From: Felis catus
Taxonomy: Eukaryota
Direction: 5' to 3'
NCBI RefSeq assembly: GCF_018350175.1
Contig: NC_058368.1
Coordinates: 27,034,001-27,098,000 of the forward strand
Length of the DNA stretch: 64,000 nucleotides
Part shown: positions 63,066 through 64,000 of the stretch, in pieces
Layout: the number at the start of each line of letters is the position of its first letter
How positions within the stretch are numbered: position 1 is the stretch's first letter
The notes under the pieces: generated by a model
What the model saw: only the letters and a program-made list of their open reading frames with translations
Databases searched by the model: none
What the model was told of the DNA's origin: nothing
Program-made: the position numbers and the translations under genes

Positions 63066-63975
63066 GATCATTATAATTCTGGTCATTTTTGTCTTGATTA
63101 TTTGTATTTTAGGGATTTGTCAACTTTTTAATTTGAGATACTTAAAAGGCACTTTTGTGCCTTAAGACTTCTTGTAAAAAATGTTCTATTACTGATAGTG
63201 TCTTTAATTTTGATTGAATTGATTTAAATCACACAATGGTCACAGGGACTCAAGGGCCTTGAGGGCGGGACTATGTTACGTCTTTATGTACATCATCTCT
63301 GGAATAGCACTGTATTCACAGCAGGTGCTCAACAAATTTGGACAATGATCTGGGTCTGGATTTAGTTCTTGTTTCTTACTAGCTTAGGGGTTACTGGGTT
63401 CACCTTTCTGGACTCAGGATCTCTGAGGTCCGAAAGCCAGATCTGGAGGCAGAAAGACTTGAGATATGAATTCCAGTTCTGCTGAGATCAAGTCCAAGGT
63501 ACCTGGGGTTTCCTGATCAAACATCCCACCAGGTCTCTATTCTTTCAATATTTGTTCAACAGTATTTAATGGAGGCACAGGGGAATGATTTTCAGTAATA
63601 AAAATACAATATATTAACAGATTCGCTGATTTGTTTATTTTCTCTGGCCCAGGCAGGATCAATGACCTGTAGGTAAAAATATTGAAAGGTGAAAGGTTTT
63701 CTGTTTTAGTTTTTCTTGATTTTACTTTAGACTGAGCATGTGTGTGTTTTCTAGATCAAATAAGTAATAGGCATATTAAATGATTTACATTTTAGATAAT
63801 AAAATATCTCACTTGCTTCAGTCAAAGAACACCACTCGTGCTGATTTGTCTCAGAATTTTAGCAGGCAGTGAGGGTGGGTTACTCCAAGATACACTGACA
63901 ATTTGGGGCAAGTTTTCTCTGGTGGGTGGGTGAGTGGGTGGAAACAAACGTTTTTCCTACTTGAGAGTGCTGTGA

Positions 63976-64000
63976 TTTTTTTTTTAAAGATTTATTTATC
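63976..64000 (-). mobile_element. Probable tail of a Can-SINE cut by the window end
   Basis: (T)n-AAAGATTTATTTAT is the typical reverse-complement 3' end of Can-SINEs; only 25 nt visible. Confidence 0.5.

Overview
Non-coding mammalian genomic DNA, almost certainly felid (cat-like), judged from the diagnostic young Felis-type Can-SINEs. I found no recognisable protein-coding exon, RNA gene or CRISPR array. Nearly all ORFs in the supplied track are open frames through SINEs, LINEs or microsatellites; the only clearly identifiable protein remnants are degraded L1 ORF2 fragments. The window is a layered repeat landscape: about 15 Can-SINEs (four young and near-identical, with perfect target-site duplications, TSDs), a 3.2 kb 5'-truncated carnivore L1, older L1M/HAL1, L2 and MIR relics, several solo LTRs (one clean ERV1-type), MER58/MER5/Tigger2 DNA transposon relics and microsatellites, including a ~500 nt pure pyrimidine tract. 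Unique stretches between repeats hold dense transcription-factor motif clusters (candidate enhancers) and a few + strand splice-site pairs (candidate non-coding exons). I cannot support a novel biological system here. Repeat subfamily names come from recalled consensus resemblance, not a database search, and boundaries of old repeats are approximate.
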